DNA of 64,000 bases from Marispirochaeta sp. GTDB taxonomy: Bacteria > Spirochaetota > Spirochaetia > JC444 > Marispirochaetaceae. A program made the position numbers and the translations under genes. The notes under the pieces are model-generated. The model was not told the DNA's origin. It ran no database searches and saw nothing but the letters and a program-made list of their open reading frames with translations. The stretch covers positions 416,001 through 480,000 of the forward strand of contig CAXXFF010000003.1 of NCBI GenBank assembly GCA_963676835.2, read 5' to 3'. Positions 38,411-49,581 of the stretch are shown in pieces; position 1 is the first letter of the stretch, and the number at the start of each line of letters is the position of its first letter.

Positions 38411-39427
38411 TTAATCTTTTTCCATCACATTTGTATCTATACTACGGGCAATATCAATTCTGAGCTTAATGAAGGCATCAACACATGCAGGGGGCGATTC
38501 AATTATCAGGTCACCACCGGAGGCTGCAACCAGTCCCAACAGCAACTCGTCACAGCCTGATTCGACTACACAACGTACCGCACCGTCGCGTGGTGCTGAA
38601 TCTATACTGAGGCGGCCGCTGGACAGTCTTTTCAGCAATTCAAGGTATTTCTCATTACCCACCAAAAGCGAAACATTATCCGGCTCTTTTCTAGTGCCTT
38701 TTTCACCTGCCCCCGAGGTGTCTGCCTCTTTCTTAAAATATCCCTTCGCCACCGAAGCATAAACCGAGTCTATTGCAGGTACTGTCTTAACTTCAATAAT
38801 ATCGGTGAAGTTGACAATTATGCTGGTATTGCCGTTATTTACCTTACGGAGACAGATGATCAGTGAGTCTTGTGCTTTACCGGAAGAGTCAAGGTCTACA
38901 GAACAGACATTAAACATGTCCTGAATTTTCTTCTTTTTTTCCATATAGCTGACATTAACCGGACTGGCAGTTATCCATGCCTCTGCCAGAATCTCCAGCC
39001 AGAGAGAAATCATGCTGTTTGACTTTCTGTCACCGGAATCAAGAAAGTCAGAGATCTCTGTCATCCTGGAACTGATAAAAGGAGCGTAGCTTTGAAGAAA
39101 CCTGGATATTTTCCGTATTGCCGATGCACCTGCCGGGAATCTGATACCCAGATTCTGCTGCAGCGACCGGAAGGCAAGATAAAAGGTAAGACTCTCAAGA
39201 AGAGTCAGTTTCATGAGTGTATTCTTTTCGTTAGATTTGATGCCGATAAGATAGTCCCGTTCCCAGATCGGAACATGGGTACTCAGCTCATCGATATACC
39301 TTCCCACAGTGGCCCTGTGAACGCCGAGGCGTCGGGCGATCTCGGCCCTGCGCAGGCCCTCCGGGTGGGTTACCAGCAGGAGTTCAAGCTGGTTCAGCCT
39401 TTCACTTTTTTTACCGGGACTTTTCAT
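38411..39427 (-). CDS. HTH plus degenerate WYL plus WCX transcriptional regulator
   Basis: ERLNQLELLL..HPEGLRRAEIARRLGVHRATVGRYI wHTH; C-terminal GGDLIIESP WCX-like motif; central WYL motifs eroded. Confidence 0.72.
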   Translation of the reverse strand: MKSPGKKSERLNQLELLLVTHPEGLRRAEIARRLGVHRATVGRYIDELSTHVPIWERDYLIGIKSNEKNTLMKLTLLESLTFYLAFRSLQQNLGIRFPAGASAIRKISRFLQSYAPFISSRMTEISDFLDSGDRKSNSMISLWLEILAEAWITASPVNVSYMEKKKKIQDMFNVCSVDLDSSGKAQDSLIICLRKVNNGNTSIIVNFTDIIEVKTVPAIDSVYASVAKGYFKKEADTSGAGEKGTRKEPDNVSLLVGNEKYLELLKRLSSGRLSIDSAPRDGAVRCVVESGCDELLLGLVAASGGDLIIESPPACVDAFIKLRIDIARSIDTNVMEKD

Positions 39428-39560
39428 GATGATATAACCTGGTGCATATTCATTTCGCCTTCATAATATTTATACCAGACCTCTGTTGCATAACACGCAA
39501 CAATAAGCTCTTCTACTGTATAAGTTTAGGCAAAGAATATAAGGATCACAAACATTTTAT

Positions 39561-39591
39561 AAAAAAAACACCCCGCTGAATAACGGGGTGT
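39561..39591 (-). terminator. Intrinsic terminator ending the nqr-like operon
   Basis: ACACCCCG-ttattcag-CGGGGTGT followed by a T-run on the minus strand. Confidence 0.88.
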
Positions 39592-39603
39592 CCTTGAAAA
39601 CGG

Positions 39604-40074
39604 TTACTGCGGGTCCGGCTCTACTTCCAGAACTTCAACCAGCTTTACAGGATCAAGCCGGAAGGGAAAACCTTTTCCTTCATAAAAACCGTGTTCACCG
39701 ATAAGGTGAATGTGAAGATCTGAAAAAGAGACCTCCAGACCAAGTTTTTCATTCTTGACCGTTGTAGTTGTTTTAGAATGAAGCCCGGGATCCTCAAAAG
39801 GACAGGGCAGCTTGCCCCGCACCGAATAAACCTGAACAACTATTCCCGGCTCCACGGTAATATATTCTCCAAGACCGGCAGCACCGGCGTCCCGCAGCTC
39901 ACGCATACGGGCGGCTATAGACTCATGGCTTGCATCAAGACGCTGCACAACAGCTTCATCTTCAATAATGATATCTACAAGATGTCTGTCATCGGTTCCA
40001 AGAAAACCTTCCAGAGTAATAACACCTGGTGCCATATTCTCCTGCGCCCTTTTCATCTGGGGGGACTGTTTCAC
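39604..40074 (-). CDS. Hypothetical soluble protein, last gene of the nqr-like operon
   Basis: 18 nt after the nqrF stop, with AAGGAGG close upstream; motifs GFLGTD.R, RGKLPCPF, HIHLIGEHGFYEG.G..FRLDP. Confidence 0.8.
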   Translation of the reverse strand: MKQSPQMKRAQENMAPGVITLEGFLGTDDRHLVDIIIEDEAVVQRLDASHESIAARMRELRDAGAAGLGEYITVEPGIVVQVYSVRGKLPCPFEDPGLHSKTTTTVKNEKLGLEVSFSDLHIHLIGEHGFYEGKGFPFRLDPVKLVEVLEVEPDPQ

Positions 40075-40092
40075 CGTATGCCTCCTTCTTTA

Positions 40093-41202
40093 TCAGCCGA
40101 ACTTGTCATAGTAGATTTTCTCTTCCGGAACACCTTTTGAGGTCAGTACCCGGACACATGCGTCAATCATTCCAGGACTGCCGCAGAGGTACCCTTCGTA
40201 GTTCCCTCCGGCGGCTATGTGCCGGTCCAGAACATCGGTAATAAGGCCGGTCTCTCCTGTCCAGGCATCTTCTTCTGCGGGCTCTGACAAAGCAGGAATA
40301 AACTTGAAATCCGGGAGTTTTTCTTCCAGTTCTTTCATTTCATCCAGCAGGAAAAGATCCCGCTTGGATCTGGCACCAAAGAAGTAGCGTACCTTGCGGT
40401 TGATACCCTTATCGGCCATATCCAGCAATATAGATTTCAACGGTGCCATACCGGAGCCTCCGGCTATACAGATTACTTCAGCATCGGTATCTCTCAGAAA
40501 GAAGTCGCCATAGGGACCGTTAACGGTTACGTTGTCACCCTCTTTGAGGTAATTATGAACGTAGGTTGAACAGATACCATTAGGCACGAGCCTGATTTCA
40601 AGTTCCACTTCTCCGGTGCTGGAGGGAGGGGAAGACATTGAATAGGCCCGGTATACTGACTCGTCGGTGAGTTCATACTCGGGAACCTTAAACTGAATAA
40701 ACTGCCCGGCTTTCATATCTATACTATCCGGATCTTCAAGCTTAAGGGTTACTTCCTTAATGTCGTGGGTAAGATTACGCAGCCTCTTTACCGTGGCACT
40801 GTATTCCTTGACGCTGAACAGCTCTTCGGGAATACGGATGCGCATATCGTTTTTAACTTTCAGCTGACATGAAAGACGGATATTCTTCTCTTTTTCTTCT
40901 TCGGAAATCCAGGGGAGCTCTGTTGGCAGATACTGCCCTGCCCCATCCTCGACAACCACCTTACAGAGACCGCAGGAGCCCCTTCCACCGCAGGCAGAAG
41001 GTATGAACACCTCCTGCTCGATCAAGGTACCCAGAAGCGGCCGGCCGCCTTTAACGGTGTATTCGTGGTCATCATTAATAGTCAGTTTAACTTCCCCGTA
41101 ATTACCGATTGTTGCATCGGCAATTACCATAAGGACCGCAAGCACAGCGGAAATTGCGGAAACTGCTCCGACACTTATCAGAAAGGCATTTAATGCAAGC
41201 AC
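40093..41202 (-). CDS. nqrF: NqrF-like NADH-oxidising subunit (TM, 2Fe-2S, FAD/NAD)
   Basis: PSACGGRGSCGLC...RLSCQ; RAYSMSS; GPYGDF; AGGSGMAP; YLCGSPGM; YYDKFG. Confidence 0.88.
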   Translation of the reverse strand: MLALNAFLISVGAVSAISAVLAVLMVIADATIGNYGEVKLTINDDHEYTVKGGRPLLGTLIEQEVFIPSACGGRGSCGLCKVVVEDGAGQYLPTELPWISEEEKEKNIRLSCQLKVKNDMRIRIPEELFSVKEYSATVKRLRNLTHDIKEVTLKLEDPDSIDMKAGQFIQFKVPEYELTDESVYRAYSMSSPPSSTGEVELEIRLVPNGICSTYVHNYLKEGDNVTVNGPYGDFFLRDTDAEVICIAGGSGMAPLKSILLDMADKGINRKVRYFFGARSKRDLFLLDEMKELEEKLPDFKFIPALSEPAEEDAWTGETGLITDVLDRHIAAGGNYEGYLCGSPGMIDACVRVLTSKGVPEEKIYYDKFG

Positions 41203-41213
41203 CTTCAGGCCTC

Positions 41214-41807
41214 CTAATTGATGTTAAGCATACCGGTAAAGCCCATAAATGCCAGGGCCATCATTCCGGTAATGATGAGGGTGATTCCGGCTCCTTCCAG
41301 ACCTTTTGGGACCTTTGCTTTTGCCAGCTTCTGCCGTATACCGGCCATAGCCATAATGGCAAACCACCAGCCCAGCCCGGATCCAAGTCCATAGAAAAAA
41401 CTTTCCCAGAGGGTGTATTCACGGATAACCATAAACAGGCTGACTCCGAGGATAGCGCAGTTAACGGTTATCAGAGGCAGGAAGATTCCAAGAGCCGCAT
41501 AGAGCGGTTCGGAAACTCGTTCGATTATCATTTCAACCAGCTGCACAAATGCAGCAATTACAATGATAAACACAATAAAACGAAGATACACAAGTCCGAG
41601 AGGAACCAGCAGAAAGTGGTAAACCAGGTAGTTAAGGAGACTTGTGGATGCCATTACAAAGGTAACGGCAGTTCCCAGCCCGAGGGATGTTTTAATCTCC
41701 CTGGAGACACTGAGAAAAGAACACATACCCAGATAATTGGTAAGCAGTATGTTATTGGTGAAAATTGCACCAAAGAAAATTGCAGCAAGCAGGCCGTAGT
41801 CACTCAT
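41214..41807 (-). CDS. nqrE: NqrE/RnfA-family membrane subunit
   Basis: YLGMCSFL, LGIFLPLITVNCAILG, LAFMGF. Confidence 0.85.
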   Translation of the reverse strand: MSDYGLLAAIFFGAIFTNNILLTNYLGMCSFLSVSREIKTSLGLGTAVTFVMASTSLLNYLVYHFLLVPLGLVYLRFIVFIIVIAAFVQLVEMIIERVSEPLYAALGIFLPLITVNCAILGVSLFMVIREYTLWESFFYGLGSGLGWWFAIMAMAGIRQKLAKAKVPKGLEGAGITLIITGMMALAFMGFTGMLNIN

Positions 41808-42421
41808 GCCTTAGCCTCCTTTTTTTCACCAAGAACGGTTCCTTTCATAATCCAGATAAATATGGCCAGCATAAAGAAAGCTCCCGGAGACATAATCATG
41901 ATTGACCAGTTTGTCCACCAGTCACCCAGTACCTGGTAGCCGAGGACAGTACCGGCACCAAGCAGTTCCCGGAAGAAGGCGATTATGAGCAGAACATAGG
42001 AGTAGCCGATACCGCTGGCGATGCCGTCGATAAGGGAAAGCCCCGGAGTGTTGTTCAGGGCAAAGGCCTCCGCCCGGCCCATGATTATACAGTTGGTTAT
42101 AATCAGTCCGACATAAGGCCCGAGCTGCTGGGAAATCTCCGGCAGATATGCCTTCAGGACTATATCAACAATAATTACATAGGCGGCGATAATCAGTGTT
42201 TCGGCCATCATGCGGACCCTGCCGGGTATGGCTTTACGAAGTATTGAAACGGTAAAACTGGAAAGAGTGGTGGTAAACAACACTCCAAGACTCATGACAA
42301 GGGTGTTGCGGAAATTATTGGTTACCGCAAGGGTTGAACAGATGCCGAGAATCTGGGCGAAAACCGGGTTTTCCGTGCCCAGGGCATCTGCGAAAATCTT
42401 TTTAGCCCGTCCTTTTGCCAT
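41804..42421 (-). CDS. nqrD: NqrD/RnfE-family membrane subunit
   Basis: NPVF.QILGICSTLAVT, VGLIITNCIIMGRAEAFA, RELLG.G, PGAFF. Confidence 0.87.
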   Translation of the reverse strand: MAKGRAKKIFADALGTENPVFAQILGICSTLAVTNNFRNTLVMSLGVLFTTTLSSFTVSILRKAIPGRVRMMAETLIIAAYVIIVDIVLKAYLPEISQQLGPYVGLIITNCIIMGRAEAFALNNTPGLSLIDGIASGIGYSYVLLIIAFFRELLGAGTVLGYQVLGDWWTNWSIMIMSPGAFFMLAIFIWIMKGTVLGEKKEAKA

Positions 42422-43032
42422 CAGCGTACCTCCTCAAGCATGGCAGCACCTTTTTCCGGGCTGCCGTTTACAATATCCCGAACATAACGGGAGGTGTATG
42501 TAGCACCGGTGATTCCGTCCACCTCATCGGGTGCGTTATTTTCGGTGCCCTCATCGACAAGCGTAAATGGCGGGACCTTTCCGATAAACTGTGCTTTGAA
42601 CCACTCTTCTTCTATTCGGGCTCCAAGGCCGGGAGTTTCATTCTGCGATATAAACTGAATCCCCGTCATGGTGTGCAGATCTTTCTCGAAACCTATCATG
42701 GAGGTAATCTCTCCCCAGAGGCCGGGACCGGAAAGCCTGAATGCATATTTCTCATCGCCGGATCCATCATAAACAAAAACCGATGGTTTACCGTCCAGTT
42801 CGTATTCGGTTACCGATGAATCAAACATCTGGTTAATGGCTTCATTTTGTTCGGGCACATTTAAACCGAGAGATGCAAGTACAGCTTTTTTAAGAAAAAG
42901 TGTCTCGTTTTCCAGAACGACGTCCTGGGTGGCAATATGTATTCCCGATATGGCTGAAATAAAAACCACCGTTACAAGCACCATAAACAGCACCGGGTAG
43001 ATCCGTTCACTGTAGAATGTCTGCTTTTTCAT
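42421..43032 (-). CDS. nqrC: NqrC/RnfG-family covalent-FMN subunit
   Basis: N-terminal TM, GPGLWGEI, ETPGLGARI, VDGITGATYTS flavinylation motif. Confidence 0.87.
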   Translation of the reverse strand: MKKQTFYSERIYPVLFMVLVTVVFISAISGIHIATQDVVLENETLFLKKAVLASLGLNVPEQNEAINQMFDSSVTEYELDGKPSVFVYDGSGDEKYAFRLSGPGLWGEITSMIGFEKDLHTMTGIQFISQNETPGLGARIEEEWFKAQFIGKVPPFTLVDEGTENNAPDEVDGITGATYTSRYVRDIVNGSPEKGAAMLEEVR

Positions 43033-43994
43033 GCGGCAGCCCCTTTTGCTTTCTTCTTTTTGTTCAATTCCACAATTACATAGTTAAGAAGAGGAGCAAA
43101 CATGTTCGCAAGCAGAATTGCAAAGGTAATTCCTTCGGGCCAGATGCTGAAGGTTCGTATCAGCACAGTCATAATGCCGATAAACGCCCCGTATATCCAT
43201 CTGCCCTTATTTGTGGTCTGGGAAGAGGATACGGGATCGGTAGCCATGTACATGATACCGAAGAGAATACTTCCGGAGAACAACGCATACACCGGAGAAA
43301 TTGCCCCGGCAACACCGGAAAAGAAGAGAATGCTCTGCATTCCAAGAAAACCGAGCAGCCCGGGTACAACAATATGCCAGGAGGCTGTCTTCTGGGCCAT
43401 CAGGATCAAACCGGTAATGATTATAAGAATAGCCGAGGTTTCTCCTAACGAGCCGGAGGTATTGCCTAAGAGAAGATTAAGTATGGGAACTCCTTCTCCT
43501 GACGCCAGTTTAACCAGAGGTGTCGCCTTGGTGAGAGCATCTACCGAGGGTGCCCAGGCGGCAAAACCACCAAAGGGGCCGGCGATAGGTTCCGCAAAGC
43601 GGGAAGAGAGGTGATAACCGAAACTGGCATAGATGAATGCCCGTCCGGAGATCGCCGGGTTAAAGATATTTTTTCCAAACCCGCCGAACACCATCTTGCC
43701 GAATACTACACCGAATACAATTCCCACTGCAGCAATCCAGAAGGGAATGGTCGGCGGCAAGGAAAGGGCGAAAAGGAAACTGGTAACAAAGACCGCGGAA
43801 GAGACCTTCCCGTTATTTTTCCTGGCAAAGATATATTCCGCCAGAAAGCCGAAAACATTCACAACAGCCAGAACTGCCAGGGAACGCCACCCGTAGAAAT
43901 AGATGGACGCAACCGCCAGCGGTACCAGCGCGTAGACCACCTTGAGCATAATTGCCTGCTTAAGGATTGGTAAGTTTGTTTTTGCCATAGCCAT
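43029..43994 (-). CDS. nqrB: NqrB/RnfD-family membrane subunit (short, 321 aa)
   Basis: LSLPP, GKMVFGGFGKNIFNPA..GR, VDALTKATPL, GSLGETS, MATDPVSS, EG..FAILLAN. Confidence 0.82.
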   Translation of the reverse strand: MAMAKTNLPILKQAIMLKVVYALVPLAVASIYFYGWRSLAVLAVVNVFGFLAEYIFARKNNGKVSSAVFVTSFLFALSLPPTIPFWIAAVGIVFGVVFGKMVFGGFGKNIFNPAISGRAFIYASFGYHLSSRFAEPIAGPFGGFAAWAPSVDALTKATPLVKLASGEGVPILNLLLGNTSGSLGETSAILIIITGLILMAQKTASWHIVVPGLLGFLGMQSILFFSGVAGAISPVYALFSGSILFGIMYMATDPVSSSQTTNKGRWIYGAFIGIMTVLIRTFSIWPEGITFAILLANMFAPLLNYVIVELNKKKKAKGAAA

Positions 43995-44239
43995 GCCTTT
44001 TACTATACAAGAGTCTATTGAAAAGTCAATTTCAATAAATAATTACTTATTGAATATAGAGTACCACTCCCGGAATCGTCAAAGTTTTTCTGCATATTAT
44101 TTCGTATTTCCTACTTTTATTATTATTTTAATCAGGTTAACAGCATGCGGTAAGACCAATATAGTGGTTTTTGAATTTGCAGTATGTTGACCATTCCACG
44201 ATACTTTATGCGGAATGAGTAAAAATCAAGGAGTGAACC

Positions 44240-44680
44240 GTGACTAAAACAGGATTTATGCAGGAACTTGAGAACCTGCTGGAAGGTTCTCACAGCGCTG
44301 TGCTTGCCACTGTTGGCAAAGACAATAGCCCGACCATGAGATGGATGACCCCTACGGTAGTAAGAGGAAGAACCGGTGCACTCTATGCGGTAACTTCCGG
44401 TAATTTTGCCAAAAGGGAACACCTTGCAAAAAACCCGAAGGTACAGTGGATGGTCCAGAGCCGTTCTCTGGATAAAATACTCACCCTTAACGGACAGGTT
44501 AACGTTATTGAAAATTCAGCAATGAAAGCGGAGGTCCTTGAAGCCATAGGGCCGAGACTGCCGGTTTTCTGGCGGGTAAATCCGGATCCGGACACCCTGG
44601 TGGTATTGGAGACAATTATTGAAGAAGGTTCCATGTTTATTCCCATGAAAGGGATGCGGGACAGCGTCAGTTTTACCTGA
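44240..44680 (+). CDS. Pyridoxamine-5'-phosphate-oxidase-like FMN-binding split-barrel protein
   Basis: AVLATV.....P..R.M and T....K..HL..NP.V pattern; GTG start preceded by AAGGAG. Confidence 0.75.
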   Translation: MTKTGFMQELENLLEGSHSAVLATVGKDNSPTMRWMTPTVVRGRTGALYAVTSGNFAKREHLAKNPKVQWMVQSRSLDKILTLNGQVNVIENSAMKAEVLEAIGPRLPVFWRVNPDPDTLVVLETIIEEGSMFIPMKGMRDSVSFT

Positions 44681-44700
44681 TTTACCTTAAGGAGGATACA

Positions 44701-45681
44701 ATGAGTCTTGTTAAGAAATACGGTAAAGAGAAAACAACAGAGCTTCTCCGGCAGATGATCATGATGCGCCGCTTTGAGGAACGGGCAGGTCAAATGTACG
44801 GTTTAAGGAAAATAGGCGGCTTCTGCCATCTTTACATAGGAGAAGAAGCCGTTGCAGCAGGGACTATCGGCGCCCTGGATATGAAAAAGGATTATGTACT
44901 TGGCGGTTACCGCGATCATGGCCTCGCCCTGGCTGTCGGTATGGATGCAGATTCAATAATGGCCGAACTCTACGGTAAAGCTACGGGCTGCTCAAAAGGA
45001 AAAGGCGGTTCCATGCATATGTATTCCGCCGAAAAGCACATGCTCGGCGGTAACGGCATTGTTGGAAGTCAGATCCCTGTGGGAACCGGCGTTGCCTGGA
45101 AGATAAAATACCTGAAGGAAGACGGTGTTGTTCTCTGTTACTTTGGAGACGGAGCCATCCACCAGGGAGCCTTTCACGAAAGCCTTAATCTGGCAAAGAT
45201 TCACAACCTGCCAATTATCTATATTGTTGAAAACAACCAGTATGGTATGGGAACTGATTTCAAACGGGTCTCCTCTGTTCATGACCTTGCTGAAATGGGC
45301 CATGCCTATAATATTCCCGGAAAACAGCTGAACGGAATGAAAGTAATGGAAGTGTTTGACGAGTTCACCGAGGCCGTTGCAGACATGCGAAAGAATCCTG
45401 CACCCCGTTTTTATGAAATAAAGACCTACCGTTACCGCGGGCACTCCATGAGCGATCCGGCAAAGTACCGAACCGCAGAAGAACTTGAAGAATACAAGCT
45501 GCAGGATCCGATTACTTTTCTCCTGGCAGAAATGCAGGAAGAAAAATTTATTACAGAAGATGAGTACAAGGCTATGGACAACGAAATAAAGGCGGTATGT
45601 GAAAAATCCGTTGAATTCGCCGAAAACAGCCCGGAACCTGAACTCTCAAGCCTGCATGAAGACGTGTTCGTGGAACAATAA
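44701..45681 (+). CDS. pdhA: Pyruvate dehydrogenase E1 alpha
   Basis: GFCHLYIGEEA, YRDHG, GKGGSMH, GDGA...ENNQY TPP motif, YRYRGHSMSDP. Confidence 0.96.
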   Translation: MSLVKKYGKEKTTELLRQMIMMRRFEERAGQMYGLRKIGGFCHLYIGEEAVAAGTIGALDMKKDYVLGGYRDHGLALAVGMDADSIMAELYGKATGCSKGKGGSMHMYSAEKHMLGGNGIVGSQIPVGTGVAWKIKYLKEDGVVLCYFGDGAIHQGAFHESLNLAKIHNLPIIYIVENNQYGMGTDFKRVSSVHDLAEMGHAYNIPGKQLNGMKVMEVFDEFTEAVADMRKNPAPRFYEIKTYRYRGHSMSDPAKYRTAEELEEYKLQDPITFLLAEMQEEKFITEDEYKAMDNEIKAVCEKSVEFAENSPEPELSSLHEDVFVEQ

Positions 45682-45693
45682 GGAGGAAGGTCA

Positions 45694-46680
45694 ATGGCAG
45701 TTATTACCTATAGAGAAGCACTTAGACAGGCAATGGACGAGGAGATGGCCCGGGACGACAGGGTATTCCTCATGGGAGAAGAAGTAGCCCAGTACAATGG
45801 AGCCTACAAGGTGAGTCAGGGCCTGTGGGAAAAATACGGAGATCTGAGGGTTGTGGATACCCCGATTACCGAGGAAGGGTTTACCGGTATGGGTGTGGGA
45901 GCAGCTATGGTCGGACTCCGCCCTATCGTTGAGTGGATGACCTTTAACTTTGCCCTTATGGCCTATGATCAGGTCGTATCCAATGCAGCCAAACAGCGCT
46001 ATATGTCCGGCGGCCAATTTACCATGCCCATGGTTATGCGGGGTCCCAACGGTCCGGCAGAATATCTGGCAGCCCAGCACTCCCAGGCGCTTCAGTCAAT
46101 TTTTGCCCATATTCCGGGCCTCAAGGTTGTACATCCTTCTACCCCCTATGATGCAAAGGGTCTTTTGAAAACAGCAATCCGGGACGATAACCCGGTTATT
46201 TTCCTTGAAGGCGAACTTATGTACGCCTGGAAGGGTGAAGTTCCCGAAGAAGAGTATCTTATACCCTTCGGAAAAGCAGCGGTCAGAAAGGAAGGTACAG
46301 ATATCAGCCTGGTAAGTTACGGCAAACCAACACGGGTTACCCTGGAGGCGGCAGAGAAGCTTTCTTCCCTCGGGGTAGATGCTGAAGTAATTGATCTCCG
46401 CAGCATTCGCCCTCTGGATGAAGAGTCTGTATACGCATCGGTACGCAAAACCCACCGCTGCGTGATAGTCGAAGAGTCATGGCCTTTTGCCTCTGTTGGA
46501 TCGCATCTGGCCTGGCTTATTTCCAGAAACGCCTTTGATTATCTGGATGCCCCGGTTGAGATGGTTGCTTCAGAAGAAGTACCCATGCCCTACAACCACA
46601 AGCTTGAGCTGGCAGCCCAGCCCCAGAGGGACCAGATTGTAGATGCCGCCCGCAGAGTCCTCTATATGGATTCAGAGTAG
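45694..46680 (+). CDS. pdhB: Pyruvate dehydrogenase E1 beta
   Basis: GEEV..Y.GAYKVS, DTPITE, E.MTFNF, RGPNG...AAQHSQ, IDLRSIRPLD. Confidence 0.96.
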   Translation: MAVITYREALRQAMDEEMARDDRVFLMGEEVAQYNGAYKVSQGLWEKYGDLRVVDTPITEEGFTGMGVGAAMVGLRPIVEWMTFNFALMAYDQVVSNAAKQRYMSGGQFTMPMVMRGPNGPAEYLAAQHSQALQSIFAHIPGLKVVHPSTPYDAKGLLKTAIRDDNPVIFLEGELMYAWKGEVPEEEYLIPFGKAAVRKEGTDISLVSYGKPTRVTLEAAEKLSSLGVDAEVIDLRSIRPLDEESVYASVRKTHRCVIVEESWPFASVGSHLAWLISRNAFDYLDAPVEMVASEEVPMPYNHKLELAAQPQRDQIVDAARRVLYMDSE

Positions 46681-46693
46681 ATAAGGAATAGTT

Positions 46694-48022
<1,329 letters not shown>

Positions 48023-48119
48023 GCCTGGGATACTCAGACTCTCCCCGTTTTTTTGAAGAAAATAATATAGAGATATATTTTGAACGGGGAGATTGAGTAA
48101 AAACGAGAGAGGAAAAAAT

Positions 48120-49523
48120 ATGAACACAGTTACAACGGATCTCGCAGTACTTGGAGCTGGTCCGGGAGGGTACGTGGCGGCCATCCGTGCTGCCCAGCTT
48201 GGCCTTAAAGTAGCCATAATTGAAAAAAATAAACTTGGAGGGGTTTGCCTTAATATCGGCTGTATTCCCTCCAAGGCACTTATTCATCAGGCGGAGATCT
48301 ATTCCCATGCCCTGGAAGCAGAGAACATGGGGATCAAACTCGATTTGAAGGGTTTTAATTACGAAACGGTCTACAAGAAATCCCGCAGTGCCGCAGACAG
48401 GCTCTCCAAGGGCGTAGCGTTTCTTATGAAAAAAAATAAAATCGAGGTAATAGAGGGAACAGGAACCCTCTCGGGACCAGGAAAAATCACGGTGAAATCA
48501 TCATCCGGCGAAGAGATTCTGGTTGAATCCACAAATATTCTTGTAGCAACAGGATCCAGCCCCCGGCAGATCCCAGGCTTTGAGTTCGACGGAAAACAGG
48601 TTTTATCTTCTGATGATGCTTTGATGCTGAAAAAGGTGCCTGAAAGCATGATTATTCTTGGTGCCGGGGCAATAGGCTGTGAGTTTGCCCATGTAATGAA
48701 CACTTTCGGATCCGAAATTTCGATGGTTGAGATGCTGCCTCAGATTCTCCCTACCGAAGACAAGGATACAGCCAAAGTTCTTCATGACAGCTTTAAAAAA
48801 CGGAAAATTTCCATTTTTACCGGGACAAAAGCCCTTGGTTTAAAAAAGACAGCCTCCGGGGTTGAACTTGATATCGAAAAAGAGGGGGGAAAGAAAGAGA
48901 CCCTCAAGGCGGAAAAGCTGCTGGTGGTTGTAGGCAGAGTACCGAATACTGCAGGCATCGGCCTTGAGAATCTGGGAATAGAGACTGACCGGGGATTTAT
49001 TCCGGTAAAAGATTACAACGAAACGAACATTCCAGGCGTTTATGCCATCGGCGATGTTGTCGCGACTCCCCTGCTGGCCCATGTAGCAAGCAAGGAGGGA
49101 GAAATCGCCGTGGAGCATATGGCCGGACATGCCGGTAGAAAGTCGGTGGATCTTACTGCCGTTCCGGGAGCTGTTTATACGGAACCGGAGATCGCCAGCT
49201 TCGGACTAACCAAAGAGAAGGCGATTTTGAAGGGATTTGATGCAGTCGAAGCGGTATTCCCCTACCGGGGTGCCGGCAAAGCGGTTGCCACAGATGCGGC
49301 CGACGGGATTGTGAAGATAGTTTATGCCTCGGACACAAAAGAGATTCTCGGTGCCCATCTTGCGGGAAGCAGGGCTACAGAAATCCTTCATGAACTCCTG
49401 CTGGCGAAAAACAGTGAACTGCTGCCCTATGATGTAGCCGAAATGATTCATGCCCATCCGACCCTTTCTGAAACCGTGATGGAAGCCGCCAAGATAATTG
49501 AAGGCGGCGCAATACATATTTAG
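48120..49523 (+). CDS. lpdA: Dihydrolipoamide dehydrogenase E3
   Basis: GAGPGGY, GGVCLNIGCIPSK, GAGAIGCE, HAHPTLSE; ATG 48120 preceded by GAGAGG. Confidence 0.96.
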   Translation: MNTVTTDLAVLGAGPGGYVAAIRAAQLGLKVAIIEKNKLGGVCLNIGCIPSKALIHQAEIYSHALEAENMGIKLDLKGFNYETVYKKSRSAADRLSKGVAFLMKKNKIEVIEGTGTLSGPGKITVKSSSGEEILVESTNILVATGSSPRQIPGFEFDGKQVLSSDDALMLKKVPESMIILGAGAIGCEFAHVMNTFGSEISMVEMLPQILPTEDKDTAKVLHDSFKKRKISIFTGTKALGLKKTASGVELDIEKEGGKKETLKAEKLLVVVGRVPNTAGIGLENLGIETDRGFIPVKDYNETNIPGVYAIGDVVATPLLAHVASKEGEIAVEHMAGHAGRKSVDLTAVPGAVYTEPEIASFGLTKEKAILKGFDAVEAVFPYRGAGKAVATDAADGIVKIVYASDTKEILGAHLAGSRATEILHELLLAKNSELLPYDVAEMIHAHPTLSETVMEAAKIIEGGAIHI

Positions 49524-49581
49524 TAGCCGTTTACTACTGATATGAGTATATTGGTAAGGAAAATAATAATCAGGAGATACT

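Noticed and set aside
40093..43994. Standard Rnf operon
   Set aside because: No RnfB or RnfC; gene order B-C-D-E-F and an NqrF-type reductase are Nqr-like.
48025..48091. Attenuator between pdhC and lpdA (TCTCCCCGTT/AACGGGGAGA inverted repeat plus T-run)
   Set aside because: The stem is real, but no leader peptide or ligand motif is evident; most likely an mRNA stability or partial-termination hairpin.
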